Of a stretch of DNA of 64,000 nt, positions 27,256-40,476 are shown in pieces. The number at the start of each line of letters is the position of its first letter. Positions within the stretch are counted from its first letter, which is position 1. The stretch covers positions 39,928,001 to 39,992,000 of the forward strand of contig NC_043012.1 in assembly GCF_006345805.1 (NCBI RefSeq), written 5' to 3'. A model generated the notes under the pieces. That model was given only the letters and a program-made list of their open reading frames with translations. It searched no databases and was not told the DNA's origin. Both the position numbers and the translations under genes were made by a program. The stretch is from Octopus sinensis (lineage: Eukaryota).

Positions 27256-28456
27256 AGGGCGGTCCTGCTCTTTGTCAAATGAGTTAAGCAATCTGATCAC
27301 CGTCAGATTTGCACTGAAACTATTTACATATCAAATGTATTTCCTTTTTGAGGTGCTTGCTCTAGAGATTATGCTGCTGGGCTTCTGATCACAAGATCGT
27401 TGGTTCGACTCCTGGACTGGACACTGCGTTGTAGCCTTGAACAAGGCGTATCATTACACGCTGCTCCATTGTACTCAACAGAAAACACTTACTAACCTAT
27501 TGCTGATGCAGCTCTCTCACCTTCCATCTCCTACATTCTTCACGTTCTTTTGAATCGAGGGTGGAAGGACCGAAAGCGTACCTTTGTCTACTGGCGACTA
27601 CACAGGTATCTTTAGCAATTAGCCAACTCCCTACTGAATGCCAGCTAAGCTTTCCTTCCCTTCTTCTTTAAGCGCTCACTGGATTGACCCCTACATTCAA
27701 CCCTGTTCCTCTATATCACTTCACACCTTTAATCTATGCACTTCTATTTTATAGTGATACCTGTAACTCCACACACCTCAATATTTATATTATTTTCTAC
27801 ACTCTATATATTTATATCTGTGACATGGTCGTGTAACATGGGGCGGTGTAACAGAGAGTGACACAGGGCAATGTAGCAGTGTGACATTATATAATGAGAG
27901 GTGATGTAACACGATGACTTATTATAACAATGTGTAACGCAGCGAGGTACAACATTATGATGTGATACCATATGGCCGCAGTGGTATGATGTTACAAAAT
28001 ATGACATAGTGTAACAGGATATGACATGTGATGTAACGCGATGTGGCGTGACACGGTAGAGGCCTTTTTGTTTTTAACAATGTGTAACGGGTGTCTGGGA
28101 GATACTCAGCCAGTGACACGCTTAGTGTGTGTGTGTGAGAGAGAGAGAGAGTATGTATGCATATAGGCACGTGTGTGTGTGTGTGGTGTGTGTGTGTGTA
28201 GGTGTGTGTGCATGTATTTATATATACGTATGAGTATGTATGAATGAATGAGCAGCCTTGTCACACCAATGTCACATGAAGTCGGCATAAAGCTATTCAT
28301 TAAAGACAGGTGCGAGCGTCTGTGGAATATTCAACCACTCTCATTGTATTTCCCAGTGTGTAGGTAAGTTCAGTTGATTGAACAAAAGGAATACACGTTT
28401 ATCGAAACCAACACTTGATCCATCATACATGTGTATGGATAAACGTGTGTGTGTTT

Positions 28457-28514
<58 letters not shown>

Positions 28515-28801
28515 CAGAGGTGTGAGGAGGTGTGAGGAGGTCGTGACAATGAGCTCTTTCTTTTGCAGTCTTGTCGTGGTTAATAGTAGCAAGATTGCTT
28601 TTGTGGAGGTTGGAAGACGTCAGGCATAAAGATAAAAGCTTACAGAGATGGCCTGTTGCAATAACTTTCGCCATTCTTCAGTCGCTTCCTTTGATTGCTC
28701 TTCAAAAGTAATCGGACTCTTCAAAGATATCAGAGAGGGACAGTAGCAGGAGACGCAGAGAGGAAGTTACAAAGTCACGATACACACATACACAAACATC
28801 C

Positions 28802-28835
<34 letters not shown>

Positions 28836-29561
28836 ATGTGTATGTATATATATAATATATATATATTTATATTTATATGTATGTATTATGTAATATTATT
28901 TCTGTTTGTATGTCTGTTATCTGAGTATATAATAACGTGTGTGCGTGTGTTAGTTATGTGAGAGTATTATATGTGTGCCTTTTATCTGTATACGATGGGT
29001 GGAGGTGGTATTTGTATGCCATATATATATATGTGTGTGTTTGTGTGTTACGTAAGTATATTATAAAGGTGTTGTGTGTATGTGCGATATATGTATTACG
29101 TATGAATGTCACGTATTTTATGTCCGTACGCTGCTATGTGTACGTCAAGATTGTATATTATATATGCAGCTGTTTGTGTATATATATATACACGAGATAG
29201 GCTTCTTAGTAGAAAGAGTGCTAAATTGTTACATAGTTTGATACACTCATACACGCGAACACGCGCACACACGTTTCCGGCAGGGAAACCTGACAGTTTT
29301 TAATTACTACCGTTTTAAAAACCATCCGATTTCCCTGCTGGACAGTAAATATTATATGAGTGTGTGTGTGTATGTGTAATTTTTTTGTGTGCACGTGTCA
29401 GTATATGTATGTGTGATGACTTGCGCAGAGAAGATCATTTTCTTTTGAATGAGCGCGTGCAGATGTATATTTACCTTTTCAAGTATGATTCCGTATATAT
29501 TTTTATATATGCGCGCGCGCACACACGCATACATGGGGATGTGTATTAAAAGGAAAAAGTG

Positions 29562-29605
29562 ACAGTGACTTCGAAGTTTCGGTTCAGCTGCCTTCGTCAG
29601 GCTAT
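29562..29605 (-). ncRNA. Minimal type I hammerhead motif with intact CUGACGA core
   Basis: Minus strand ATAGC-CTGACGA-A-GG(cagctgaa)CC-GAAA-CTTCGAAG-TC^-ACTGT, with palindromic stem III ACTTCGAAGT. Confidence 0.6.
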
Positions 29606-29869
29606 AAATTTTTCTGGTTTTCAAAACCATTTATACATTTTTTGGTTCATCTTGTGTGGTTTAATAGTGTGGTTTAATAGTGACATATGAAGGAACACCT
29701 CTGTGGATCAATTAATTGAGTGAGCAGAAATAAAGAATTGGGGAGAGAAAGGAAAAGTAGAGGGAGGAGGGAGAGAGAGGGAGGATATAAGAAAGGCTAG
29801 GAAGAGGGGGGCAAATGGTTATTGGATGGTAGTAGAAAAGAAGATAGTAAAATGATATTGTTCTGGTTG

Positions 29870-30070
29870 AACGAGTGTCATCAGCTTTGTTGAAGTTAAG
29901 TAGGCAGCATCTGCAGAATTTATTTCTATTGAGTTCCATGTGTGTACGATCAAAGGTCAAAGACAGGTCAAGTTGTGCGCCAGGGTTGAAAAGTCGCATC
30001 CGAGCATATCTTAAACTGATTAAAAGGTTCTGTTTTAAATACAGGCTTTTCAAATCGAGGATTGTAATAT
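29870..30070 (-). pseudogene. Probable decayed C-terminus of a Penelope-like GIY-YIG ORF
   Basis: ...RLFNPGAQLDLSLT...ELNRNKFCRCCLLNF loosely resembles the PLE C-terminal NPG..C.LC..EK...LNKR.E pattern; a hammerhead motif lies about 270 nt downstream, as in PLE pLTRs. Confidence 0.4.
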
Positions 30071-30578
30071 TTCAATCGTTTTATAGATCATCGAAAGCGG
30101 ATGATCTTGTGCATAAATGAATAAAATTACAAATTTTATATCCCTTCTCATGAGCTAGTATATACTTACCCATACACATATATACACACGTGTAAACACG
30201 CACACTTTCTAGTACGTACATGTACACATAAATACATACGTATATACGTTCCGATCACGTGCTGTTGATGATTTTTTTTTCCATCTTTGGACTTTTCTCC
30301 TTTTCTTTCCCAACGAAAAGCTAAACTCGAAACGTCGAAATCTCTCTGTCTTTTTACTAAGCATCAAACTAATAAATTCCTTGAGCACGACCCCTTGTTG
30401 CTTGTTATTGTTAATTTGAATGTTCGTTTGTTGAATTTGACTACACACACACACACGCACACATACATACATACATACATACATACATACATACATACAT
30501 ACATACATACATACTACATACATATATACATATATATATATATAGATATATATATATATATATTTATTTATATATATA

Positions 30579-30618
<40 letters not shown>

Positions 30619-30693
30619 TATATATATATATTTATATATTTATTTATATATATATATATATTTATTTATATATATATATATATAAATAAATAA

Positions 30694-30737
<44 letters not shown>

Positions 30738-31049
30738 GAAAGTCTATGAGAATTACTTAATACAGGTTTTCAAGTGTACAGGTGGGTATTTTTTTAAATG
30801 TGAAATCTATTATGAAGATGTTACTAACTTTTATTGGGAATACGTTTTTTTTCTAGAATGTGAGTGCTTTCATTTAACATTGTGTGTGTGTGTGTGTGTG
30901 TTTTATAGGCATATTTTATCAACGAATGGGGAAGGAGGTACTCAATACATGTTGTGGGCCCTATTTAAACTAGATTTCTTTCTCGTGACTTGGGATCCAC
31001 GTTACACCGTTCGCTGGTTGAAAACTGCTATATGTACATCAATTAGATC

Positions 31050-31337
31050 GATGGTTGGGTGGATGGTTGGATGGATGGATGGATGGATGGATGGATGGAT
31101 GGTTGGATGGATGGATGGATGGTTGGATGGATGGATGGATGAATGGATGGATGAATGGATGGATGGTTGGATGGATGGTTGGATGGATGGTTGGATGGAT
31201 GGATGGATGGATGGATGGATGGATGGATGGATGGATGGTTGGATGGATGGATGGATGGATGGATGGATGGATGGATGGATGGATGGATGGATGAATGGAT
31301 GGATGGTTGGATGGATGGATGGATGGTTGGATGGATG
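31050..31337 (+). repeat. (GGAT)n microsatellite with GGTT variants
   Basis: Direct reading. Confidence 0.95.
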
Positions 31338-31579
31338 TTAATGCGTCTGGTGCTCTTGCTAGCAAATGCTGAGACGAACTTTCATCTCTCTCTGGTATTT
31401 ATTGTTTTAACACAGTAAATCCATAAGAGATGTTATCTTAGGACAAATACTACAGTAAATGGCCTGTCAAACTGTGTATATACATTAAGCATGATATGTA
31501 GATTGCTATAGTACATGCATACACAATACATACATGCATACATGCATACATACGCGCATGTGTGTGTCTAACTATAATG

Positions 31580-32398
31580 AATAAGTATCCGGACTTTTGG
31601 CAAGGTAACGAAGCTAAAGCACGCAGACTGAAGCTGCTGCTGTGCATGCGCACTACGTTTTAACGTTGTAGTTCACTTCCGTTGTTTACAGCAGTGCCTG
31701 GAAGAAAGGTGTGTTGCGTGTGATTGTCGCATTGGTCATGACAGAGAAAGTTGTCATGGCGTTACCTGCTCAGAGGCCTATGCAAAGTTGCAGAAAGTGT
31801 ATGGAGAGAAGTGTGTGAGCCGCACACAAGATGACAGAAAAAATGTCGATATTGACGAACGTTCTGGGAGACCGCAACCAGCTGAACTGAGAAAAACATT
31901 GCAGCTGTGACGAGAAATCGTCTAATCCCCATCCGTAAGTTTTGAGATGTGCAGATTAGTTACAGTTCAGTTCAGTCCATTAAAACCGAAGATCTGGGTG
32001 TGAGACGCATGTCTGCCAAGTTTGTGCCAAAATTGCTTTCAGCTGATCAAAATGACACTCAGATCTCATTCATTTGCGCAAGATCTCTTTGATTGTGTCG
32101 AGAACGATGAAAAGTTTTTGCAAACTTTGCGTAGGCCTCTGAGCAGACATCGCCAAGCTTTTGGCAAAATTTGATGCAGATTCTCTGCTCAACTTTCTGC
32201 GTTATGGTCAAAGGGACGATCACACGCTACACACCTTCCTTCCAAGCACTGCTGTAAAGAGCGGAACTAAGTTAAAACGTTAAAACTTAGTGCGCATGCA
32301 CAGCAGAGTTCAAGGTCAATCTGTGCCAAGCGCCTTCACTCTGTGTGCCTTAGCTTCGTTAGTATGCAACAGTCCGGATACTTATTGATCAGACCACA
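31580..32398. mobile_element. Mariner-derived fold-back element (two transposase 5' ends in inverted orientation)
   Basis: TIRs AATAAGTATCCGGACT and AGTCCGGATACTTATT. Plus-strand remnant CSEAYAKLQKVYGE...ERSGRP...EDLGVRRMSAKFVPKLLS; minus-strand remnant TQKVEQRICIKFCQKLGDVCSEAYAK. Confidence 0.9.
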
Positions 32399-32646
32399 TA
32401 TTTAGGTATATGTATGTGGATGTAAGTGTACGTGTTTGCGTACCTGTAAGCATATAGGTGTGTAAAAGAGAAAGAGGTGGCGGCGGGGAGTGGTTTGTTA
32501 ATAATCATCTTACGGTTGTTTTCTTTGCTTGTCCTGCTCAACTCTTTCCGCCATATCTCCGAAGTTGCTACGTGTGGTGTGCATTGGAGGGGAAGAAAGA
32601 TATTTGCTGTAGTGACATTACATCACATAACGTTCATCCTACCCCA

Positions 32647-32691
<45 letters not shown>

Positions 32692-32952
32692 TTTCACCTA
32701 TTGTCACTAACCAATTACTGATATCTTAAACTCTCGTATACTTCTCGCCTGGCCGAATCGATAAGAGGCTGAGCTGTTCGCCGTTAGATGTTTAATTGTT
32801 CGTTTTCTTGTCACTTACACTATTTCTGTTGTGTCTCTGGTCAACACGATTTTAATACTTTCGTTCGCCAAATGCACCGAGATAGAAGTTAGTTTCCATG
32901 GAGATATCAAGTGAGAAATGGACAGTATCTATTATTATTATTCTTATTGTTA

Positions 32953-33021
<69 letters not shown>

Positions 33022-33025
33022 TAAC

Positions 33026-33238
33026 ACGGTGAGCTGACGAATCGTTAACAAGCTGGACAAAATACTTAGCAGTATTTCGCCCGTCGCTACATTCTGAGTT
33101 CAAATTCCGTCGGGGTCGACTTTACCTTTCGTTTTATTGAAGTCGATAAAATAAGCACCAGTGAAACGGTGGGGGTCGATGTAATCGACTAGTACCCTCC
33201 CCAAAAATTTCAGCCCTTGTGCCTATAGTAGAAAGGAT
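33026..33238 (+). mobile_element. SINE family C
   Basis: TTCTGAGTTCAAATTCC...GGTCGACTTT...AAGCACCAG...GGGGTCGAT. Confidence 0.85.
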
Positions 33239-33627
33239 TATTATCATTCTATAAGCTGGCACAATCATTCGAACTTCGAAAAAAATGCTTTACAGTATTT
33301 TTAGATCTTAACGTCTGCGTCAAAATCTCACCGTAGTGAGATAATTAGAAGTAATTATCACATTTTCAGACTCTTCTTATTTTTCTTTCTAATTCTTAAC
33401 CTAACCGAGACTGTTGCACAGGGAAGCTCCCCGCCCCCTCGTAAAGCCAATCCGTTTGGTTCAAAGAGGACTCCACCATCGCAAACGACTTCAATAAACA
33501 TACACGCAAAAGATTTTCCTTTACCCGTGAGTATTTTATTAAATTCCACGTAAAAAAAAAATCGAACCAAAGACAGCTGTTGTCTAGAAATCAACCCTGT
33601 TAGACAATCTTAAGAGGAATCTTGTCC

Positions 33628-34020
33628 GTGCGACAGGAGAGTCAACCCTTTTATACGAAAGAACATCCTGGACGCTTACCAAAAATCTGGGATCCAAGCT
33701 CGATGGAACTTACACCCGGAAGTTGAGAGCAGTCTTAAATGTATTTTGAAGAACTCGTCGCGCCAAGAAACAGCTGTAAGGAGATCTGTTTCTTTTCACC
33801 ATTATAAGGGAAAGGTACTTGCGCTTGCGAGACAATGCTGGCCTGCTGGCCTGCTGGTTAGTGATTTACTGCTGTGGCTACCAGAGTGAGGCTGTACTCG
33901 AGAAGGTCGTTCGAACACAACGTATGTAGATCAACTATCGAAGACCTTCCTCAATTAATACAGGACCGAGATGGCTGGCATGTGCGGGTTGAAATTGTCC
34001 AGGCAAGTTGAACCAGATGA
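33628..34020 (+). mobile_element. RTE-clade LINE 3' fragment (decayed)
   Basis: RATGESTLLYERTSWTLTKNLGSKLDGTYTRKLRAVLN...KKQL*GDL...YVDQL...LIQDRDGW matches the typical RTE C-terminal region. Confidence 0.85.
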
Positions 34021-34432
34021 TGATGAAAGATGCTCTCGTTTGCCAACTGACAAGACGCAAAAGCGATACCTTTCCCAAATCCATTATAGCGTCTTTGAAA
34101 TGAGACTGGTTACATTGGTTCGCGTAGTGGTCACAGTTGGAGCGTGTTTGGTCATAAGACAGCTAGATCGGAAATTACTTGGTGGAGAGGTTAAACAACT
34201 ACATCACCACCAACGTCTCACATTGGTCAACTTTAGTAATTTTAAGATCTGCGAGCTGTTGTTGTTGTTGTTGTTGTTGTAATATTTTGCTTCATTTCTT
34301 TGTACGCACAAACGCATACACGCATGCTCATACACGTAGATGAGTATACTCATATGTACACATACACATACCTACCTTTCTCTCACATGCCTACATATCA
34401 CATAAGCTATCTACCTAAGATACACCTATATA

Positions 34433-34672
34433 CAGAGTTGGCCAAAAGTCACCTGACAGTAAATCAAAACCATTTAATTCCAAGATTAAAGCAAAAAATA
34501 ATTTTATATGAGACTTCGCTAATAAAAAGACAAATGTTGAAAAAAAAACGGTGATTTTAACTCCCAGCTTTTAATTGTTAAACATTCATAATTGGAAGGA
34601 ATAAATAAAATTGAATATTAAATATTTATGGAATTTTTTGATTTACTGTCGGGTGATTTTTGGCCAACCCTG
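34433..34672. mobile_element. Tc1-type MITE
   Basis: TIRs of about 36 bp: CAGAGTTGGCCAAAAGTCACCTGACAGTAAATCAAAA and TTTTGATTTACTGTCGGGTGATTTTTGGCCAACCCTG. Confidence 0.88.
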
Positions 34673-35137
34673 TGTGTGTGTGTGTGTGTGTGACTGAAGA
34701 CAAGATAACCACTCTGAAATGCATACATTCCACACCCTGGTTATGGATTGCTGTGAGTAGACTCGGTGTATTTGCACCTATTTGACAACAGGGAGAAATT
34801 TTCCCCTTGACAAAATACACTGAATGGCTGCTCATACGGGTTCGAATATGCCTCAAGCATATTTGAACTGGTAACAAGTTTGTACGTGTCTGTGTTGCCC
34901 ATTGTTTCCCTAACTCTCTCACACTATCTCTCACTCACACACACACACACACACCACACTCATTTATCGATCTCCATTAGCCTGTCTGTTGCTAGTTATA
35001 ATCACGCTACATTTACACCACCACCACTGTGTCTATTACTGAGGCATATACCTCAGCAAGACATGCACATAGCTAAATGGATGATCTCGCCGCTATCGGC
35101 AATCAGCATTGCAGGGATTCTAAGAAGTGAACATTGA

Positions 35138-35237
35138 NNNNNNNNNNNNNNNNNNNNNNNNNNNNNNNNNNNNNNNNNNNNNNNNNNNNNNNNNNNNNNN
35201 NNNNNNNNNNNNNNNNNNNNNNNNNNNNNNNNNNNNN
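35138..35237. other. Assembly gap (100 N)
   Basis: Run of N. Confidence 1.
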
Positions 35238-35574
35238 CGGTACTTTGGGGTTTTTTATTTATCTTTAACATGAACGAAGCACAAAGCAGACTAGGAATAA
35301 GGGGAGGCAACCGACGACAAAGAATACAACACTAGTTTACCTGCATCATTCGTTCATAAGCATATATATTTATACATAGGTAGGATCAACAAAAGGTACT
35401 CCATCAAGTGAGGAATAAACATCGTTTAATATACACAGAATTTTAAAAAGAGCTACTGATCGTTTCCTGCTGTAGAGATACAATTATTTGGCAGATTAAT
35501 ATAACAGTCCATGTCTCCAAGCAATCTTTCCGGTTCAGTGTATATCGTTAAACCTATTTGAAAACCAAGACACC

Positions 35575-35890
35575 AATCTAAAATAAACAGGAATTTTAAT
35601 AACTGTTATACAAACCATCAGTTTTCTTCTTGACATATTGATGAAAATAAAGCTCCTTCATTGGCTACCCATGAATGGGACCTGAAGACCAAATGCACAC
35701 CTCATACAATCAATTGAAGAATCGTGAGAAAATTTACATCATATAGAAATGGCACAAAGAAATGCAAGTTATGCGTAGCTGAAAAATTGTACATAATTTT
35801 CGATCCAAGAATTCCGTAACAGAACATAATTTCAGATCCGAAATTTTTAGCAAATGCAAACACATGGACAAATTTCGTTTGTCCAACTGA
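35575..35890 (+). pseudogene. Penelope-like GIY-YIG C-terminal fragment
   Basis: FNNCYTNHQFS...LATHEWDLKTK...IN*RIVRKFTSYRNGTKKCKLCVAEKLYII... then RSEIFSKCKHMDKFRLSN* after a frameshift. Confidence 0.88.
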
Positions 35891-36291
35891 GGATCAGACT
35901 CTTTCAAGATTGAAAAGCTATCTATCAGACTTTGGTCTTCTCTCCGCTATATTATTCTACACCAGTTAGATTATGATTTCTACAGTCAAGTGATCTTGGT
36001 TTCCTATTTTCCTTTTCTTTCTTCTCGTACCATTTTTGGCATCAGCCTTCTTCGCGCTCTTCTTCTCCATTTTTCTCATGTTTTCTCATAGTCCAGCGTC
36101 CTGGCTTTCAAACAGATCTAACGATATGCACTGAGCCTGCAATACTGCTTGGGGACACGTGGTATGTTATATAATCTGATAGATTATTATGTCATTAACA
36201 GCATGATAGCTCTTTTTTAATTTTGTGTATATTAACAGATACATACATATATATATGCATACACGCACACACACACACAACGCGCACACAA

Positions 36292-36345
<54 letters not shown>

Positions 36346-36426
36346 CATATATATATAAAAAATACACACGTACTCGCTACATATATGTATTTATCTACAT
36401 ACACACACACACGCACACGCACACAT

Positions 36427-36474
<48 letters not shown>

Positions 36475-36477
<3 letters not shown>

Positions 36478-36780
36478 TCCGTCGGTTACGACGACGAGGG
36501 TCCCAGCTGATACGATCAACGGAACAGCTTGCTCGTGAAATTAACGTGCAAGTGGCTGAGCACTCCACAGACACATGTACCTTTGGTGTAGATTCAGCGT
36601 CACATTGAGTGTGACAAGGCTGGCCCTTTGAAATAAAGATACTACTCATTTTTGCCAGCTGAGTGGACTGGAGCAACGGAAAATAAAGTGTCTTGCTCGA
36701 GGACACAACGCGTCGCCAGGAATTGAACTCACGACTTTACGATCGCGAGCGGAATGCCCTAACCTCTAAGCCACGCGCCT
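36475..36780 (-). mobile_element. SINE family B, near full length
   Basis: Reverse complement has A-box-like TGGCTTAGAGG and B-box GAGTTCAATTCC, followed by the full body and tail. Confidence 0.92.
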
Positions 36781-37249
36781 TCACATATGCATACGTAGAA
36801 GCTAAAACGTAATAATTTTAATTTCACAATTTCATCATTATTCGCCTAACTGGCACAGTTCTTCACCTGATGTGTCCTAAAAGCTGTTTAGAAATGAGTC
36901 AAAGCTTTGGCAAATGTAAAACAAGCATAAAATATGCATGTTTCCTTCACAGTAATCTTCCAGGATATCTGGTTGTTTCTATTACTATTACTACCTTTAG
37001 TCAGTGAAGAAAAGGGCGGTGGTCTCAGTAGCCTGGTTATAAATTATAATTGACTACGTGGAGCTGAATATAAAGTGACCAGAACGTTAACATATATCTG
37101 GGGAAATGCTCTCTCTACCGAAAGAGTGTCCTACGACAACAGATATATAATGAGAAAGTTTACAATATTTCGAATTGATTTATGCAATAGCTAGACACAC
37201 ATCACCCTCACAAAACACATTTTAATTCACTGGAAGCACACAAAGCGGC

Positions 37250-37303
37250 GTGAATTGAAACATAGGTGTGAATTGAAACATAGGTGTGAATTGAAACATA
37301 GGT
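37250..37303 (+). repeat. 18-bp minisatellite x3 (GTGAATTGAAACATAGGT)
   Basis: Three exact contiguous copies. Confidence 0.95.
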
Positions 37304-37881
37304 GTGCACAATTATATTTAACACTCGAACGTAGGAAGATCTTACAATTTTTCTACCGGACAATTATTGAGTGAATTCATGCTTCCACATTTTAATGAAT
37401 ACTTGAATGCGTTGAATATGATTGTACGCACCTATATGCCAATCGTTGCTGCTTAGTTCGTCTCTTAGTAATTAATTCCAGCTTGACAAAGTTTTCTAGA
37501 CGCCAGCACATTTAATATTTACTGTTTAAATATAATAACAGCCGTTCTTAGTGAGTCATAAATTTGGTGCCCATAAGTGATGAAGCGTAACGATGCAGAA
37601 ACACGCATCCCTACGGCTCGATTGCATTATTCATAGTGCAGTGGTGTGTTTTTCACGCATATTGTCTACAAGGGGAATTTTCAGCCTAAACATTTTCCGA
37701 AGCGAAAGTCCTTCTATGTTCGACGTTACACGGAAGCGTTAAATATATTTGTACATACCTTAATTCATCTAACATTGTATATATGTGTGTGTGTGTGTGT
37801 GTGCATATATAAATGCACACATATACATACACAGATATATATATACATGATTTGTTCATATATATGTGTATATATATTTCT

Positions 37882-38091
37882 CTATTACCCACAAGGGGCT
37901 AAACATAGAGGGGACAAACGGATTAAGCCGATTACATCGACCCCAGTGCGAAACTGGTACTTTATTTATCGACCCCGGAAGGATGAAAGGCAAAGTCGAC
38001 CTCGGCGGAATTTGAACTCAGAACGTAACGACAGACGAAATACCACAAAGCATTTCGCCCGGCGTGCTAACGTTTCTGCCAGCTCGCCGCC
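37882..38091 (-). mobile_element. SINE family C
   Basis: Near-exact reverse complement of 44481-44705. Confidence 0.92.
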
Positions 38092-38620
38092 TTTGTATGT
38101 GTATATATATGTGTGTGTGTGTGTATAAATGTATGTGTGTGTGTTCCTATGTATAACATACAGGCTCACGATCTCGTGGATTGATGTAGACAATCTTTGG
38201 TTCAGGAATTTTGATTCATTTCGAAGGCTTCTATCCCATTCAGAAAACGGTACAAATTAATCTTCGGAAAAAATTGCATAAACAAAAAGAAACAAATACA
38301 GGAAAATAGAAACAAACAAAAATATTACTCGACCATATTTTCATAATTATAATTATCATTTTCGCAGAAAGTTCTTTTTTTTTTTTTTCAAGATACAAGA
38401 CTAATTTTTATAGTTCTTCCAAATTAATGAGTTTTCTTTCAAGTATCTTTTTTCGACAACTCTGTTGCTATGCTTGCGGGGATAAAGTATTCCAAGAGAG
38501 ATGTTACACGAGACGTTTCATTAAGCTTCACCTTTTCCTTGCAAAGAGCTGTTCCTGAGCACAATTTTAGAATTCTAGGATCAAAGACTACTTGGGGCTT
38601 GCATTACTCACATACATGTG

Positions 38621-38690
<70 letters not shown>

Positions 38691-39516
38691 TATATATATA
38701 CACGCGCATACATTCAAGCAAACATAATATACATACAAACAAAACATACTCTTCTCCTGATATCTGAAGAGATGGCGCCATCCTGGCCATCCATGAAATT
38801 TTAAGTCACATGGAGCTGCATCAAAGTTCTATGATTAATATATATTTATGTGCGCGCGCTGAAGAAAGTATATATGTATATACATATTGAAATTATCATT
38901 TTGAATAAGAATCATATCACGTGAAGTTAAAGAGAAGTGAGAAAAACACTTCCGATCATTCAGATTTTTTACCGTGAGTCTTTCGCCGATTGTAAACTTA
39001 ATTGTCATTGGGCAGTGAGTTGGGCTCGCACACGTCGGCTGGTTCTGATTTAGTGATGGATTCGGTAGATTTTGATTGGTCCCCGTGAAATAAGGCGGAG
39101 AGTCCTGATAGTTACGGATGGATACAGTTGCACAAGGCTTACTTTATGTTGGTGGTTACTAGTGGAAGACACTAGTACAGGTTGCCGAAGTTATCGCCCT
39201 TCTCTGATTAGAAGTACCAGCAGTAACAGTATTGTTTAATGGCGATAATGACAGCTACGATTTATGGAGGTATCAGTATAGGATAATGGAAGACATTAAG
39301 AGTTAATTACATGTAATTAATCTCATTGTTGGCCTAAGGAAGACGGATTAGATCTCATGTAAAAGAAAATGAGATCGCTTAACAGGAAAACACAGCTAGC
39401 ATTCAGCTGCGAGCTTTGCAATGGCTAATTTAAAACGATTAATACTCTCCTATACACCTTTTAAGGCCAAAAGCTCACTGCTTTCCTGCATCACTCACAC
39501 TCTCTCCTCTTCTCTC

Positions 39517-39550
<34 letters not shown>

Positions 39551-39558
39551 CATATATA

Positions 39559-40476
39559 AGGTGCAGGCGTGGCTCTGTGGCAAGAAGCTTGCTTCCCAAC
39601 CATATGGTTTCAGGTTTACTACTACTGACTGATACTTTAAGCAAGTCTTTTCTACTATAGCCCCACACAGACCAGAGGCTCGTGAGTGAATCTGATACAC
39701 GGAAACTGAAAGAATCCCGCCATATATATATACATGTATATATATATATATATGATGTGTGTGTGTGTGTGTGTTAAATAACATATATACATAATAGTAT
39801 ATATATATATATATAATATATTATATATATATATATATTATTTATATATTGTAAGCCTAGTACTTACCTTGTCGGTCTGTTTTGCCGAACCGCTAGCTTA
39901 CGGGGACATAAACACACCAACATCGGTTGTCAAGCGATAGTGGGGAACAAACACCGACACACAATTACATACATACATACACATATCGGGTTAAGTCCCA
40001 CTGTGTGGCACCTTAGGCAAGTGTCTTCTACTATAGCCTCGGGTCAGCCAAGGCCTTGTGAGTAGATTTGGTAGACGGAAACTGAAAGAAGCCCGTTGTA
40101 TGTCTTTATACAATATATATATGTTTGTGTGCCTGTGTTTTTCCCCCACTATTGCTTCACAGCTTAGCGGTTCGGCTAAAGAATTCGATAGAATAAGTAC
40201 TAGGCTTACAAAGAATAAGTCCTGGGTTCGATTTATTCGACTAAAGGCGGTGCTCCAGTATGGCCACAGTCAAATGACTGACACAAATAAAAGGATAAAA
40301 AGGAAAGGATATATTTACGATGAACTTCTTTCAGTTTCCTTCTACCAAATCCACTCAGAAGGCTTTGGTTAGCCTGAGGCTATAGTAGAGGACATTTGCC
40401 CAAGGTGCCACGCAGTGGAATCGAACCCGGAACCATGTGGTTGGGAAGCAAACTTCTTACCACACAGCCACGCCTA
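39559..40476. mobile_element. Cluster of four SINE A segments in alternating orientation
   Basis: + 39559-39720, - 39851-39960, + 39988-40298, - 40321-40476. Confidence 0.88.

Noticed and set aside
35884-35920. CTGAGGA...GAAA after the PLE stop codon
   Set aside because: No stem II in register and no stem I.
37250-37303. Short direct repeats suggestive of CRISPR
   Set aside because: Contiguous units with no spacers, in a eukaryotic context.
38764-38812. CTGAAGA-GATGG..CCAT-GAAA..GTC hammerhead-like string
   Set aside because: Stem I does not pair and stem II is out of register; likely chance.
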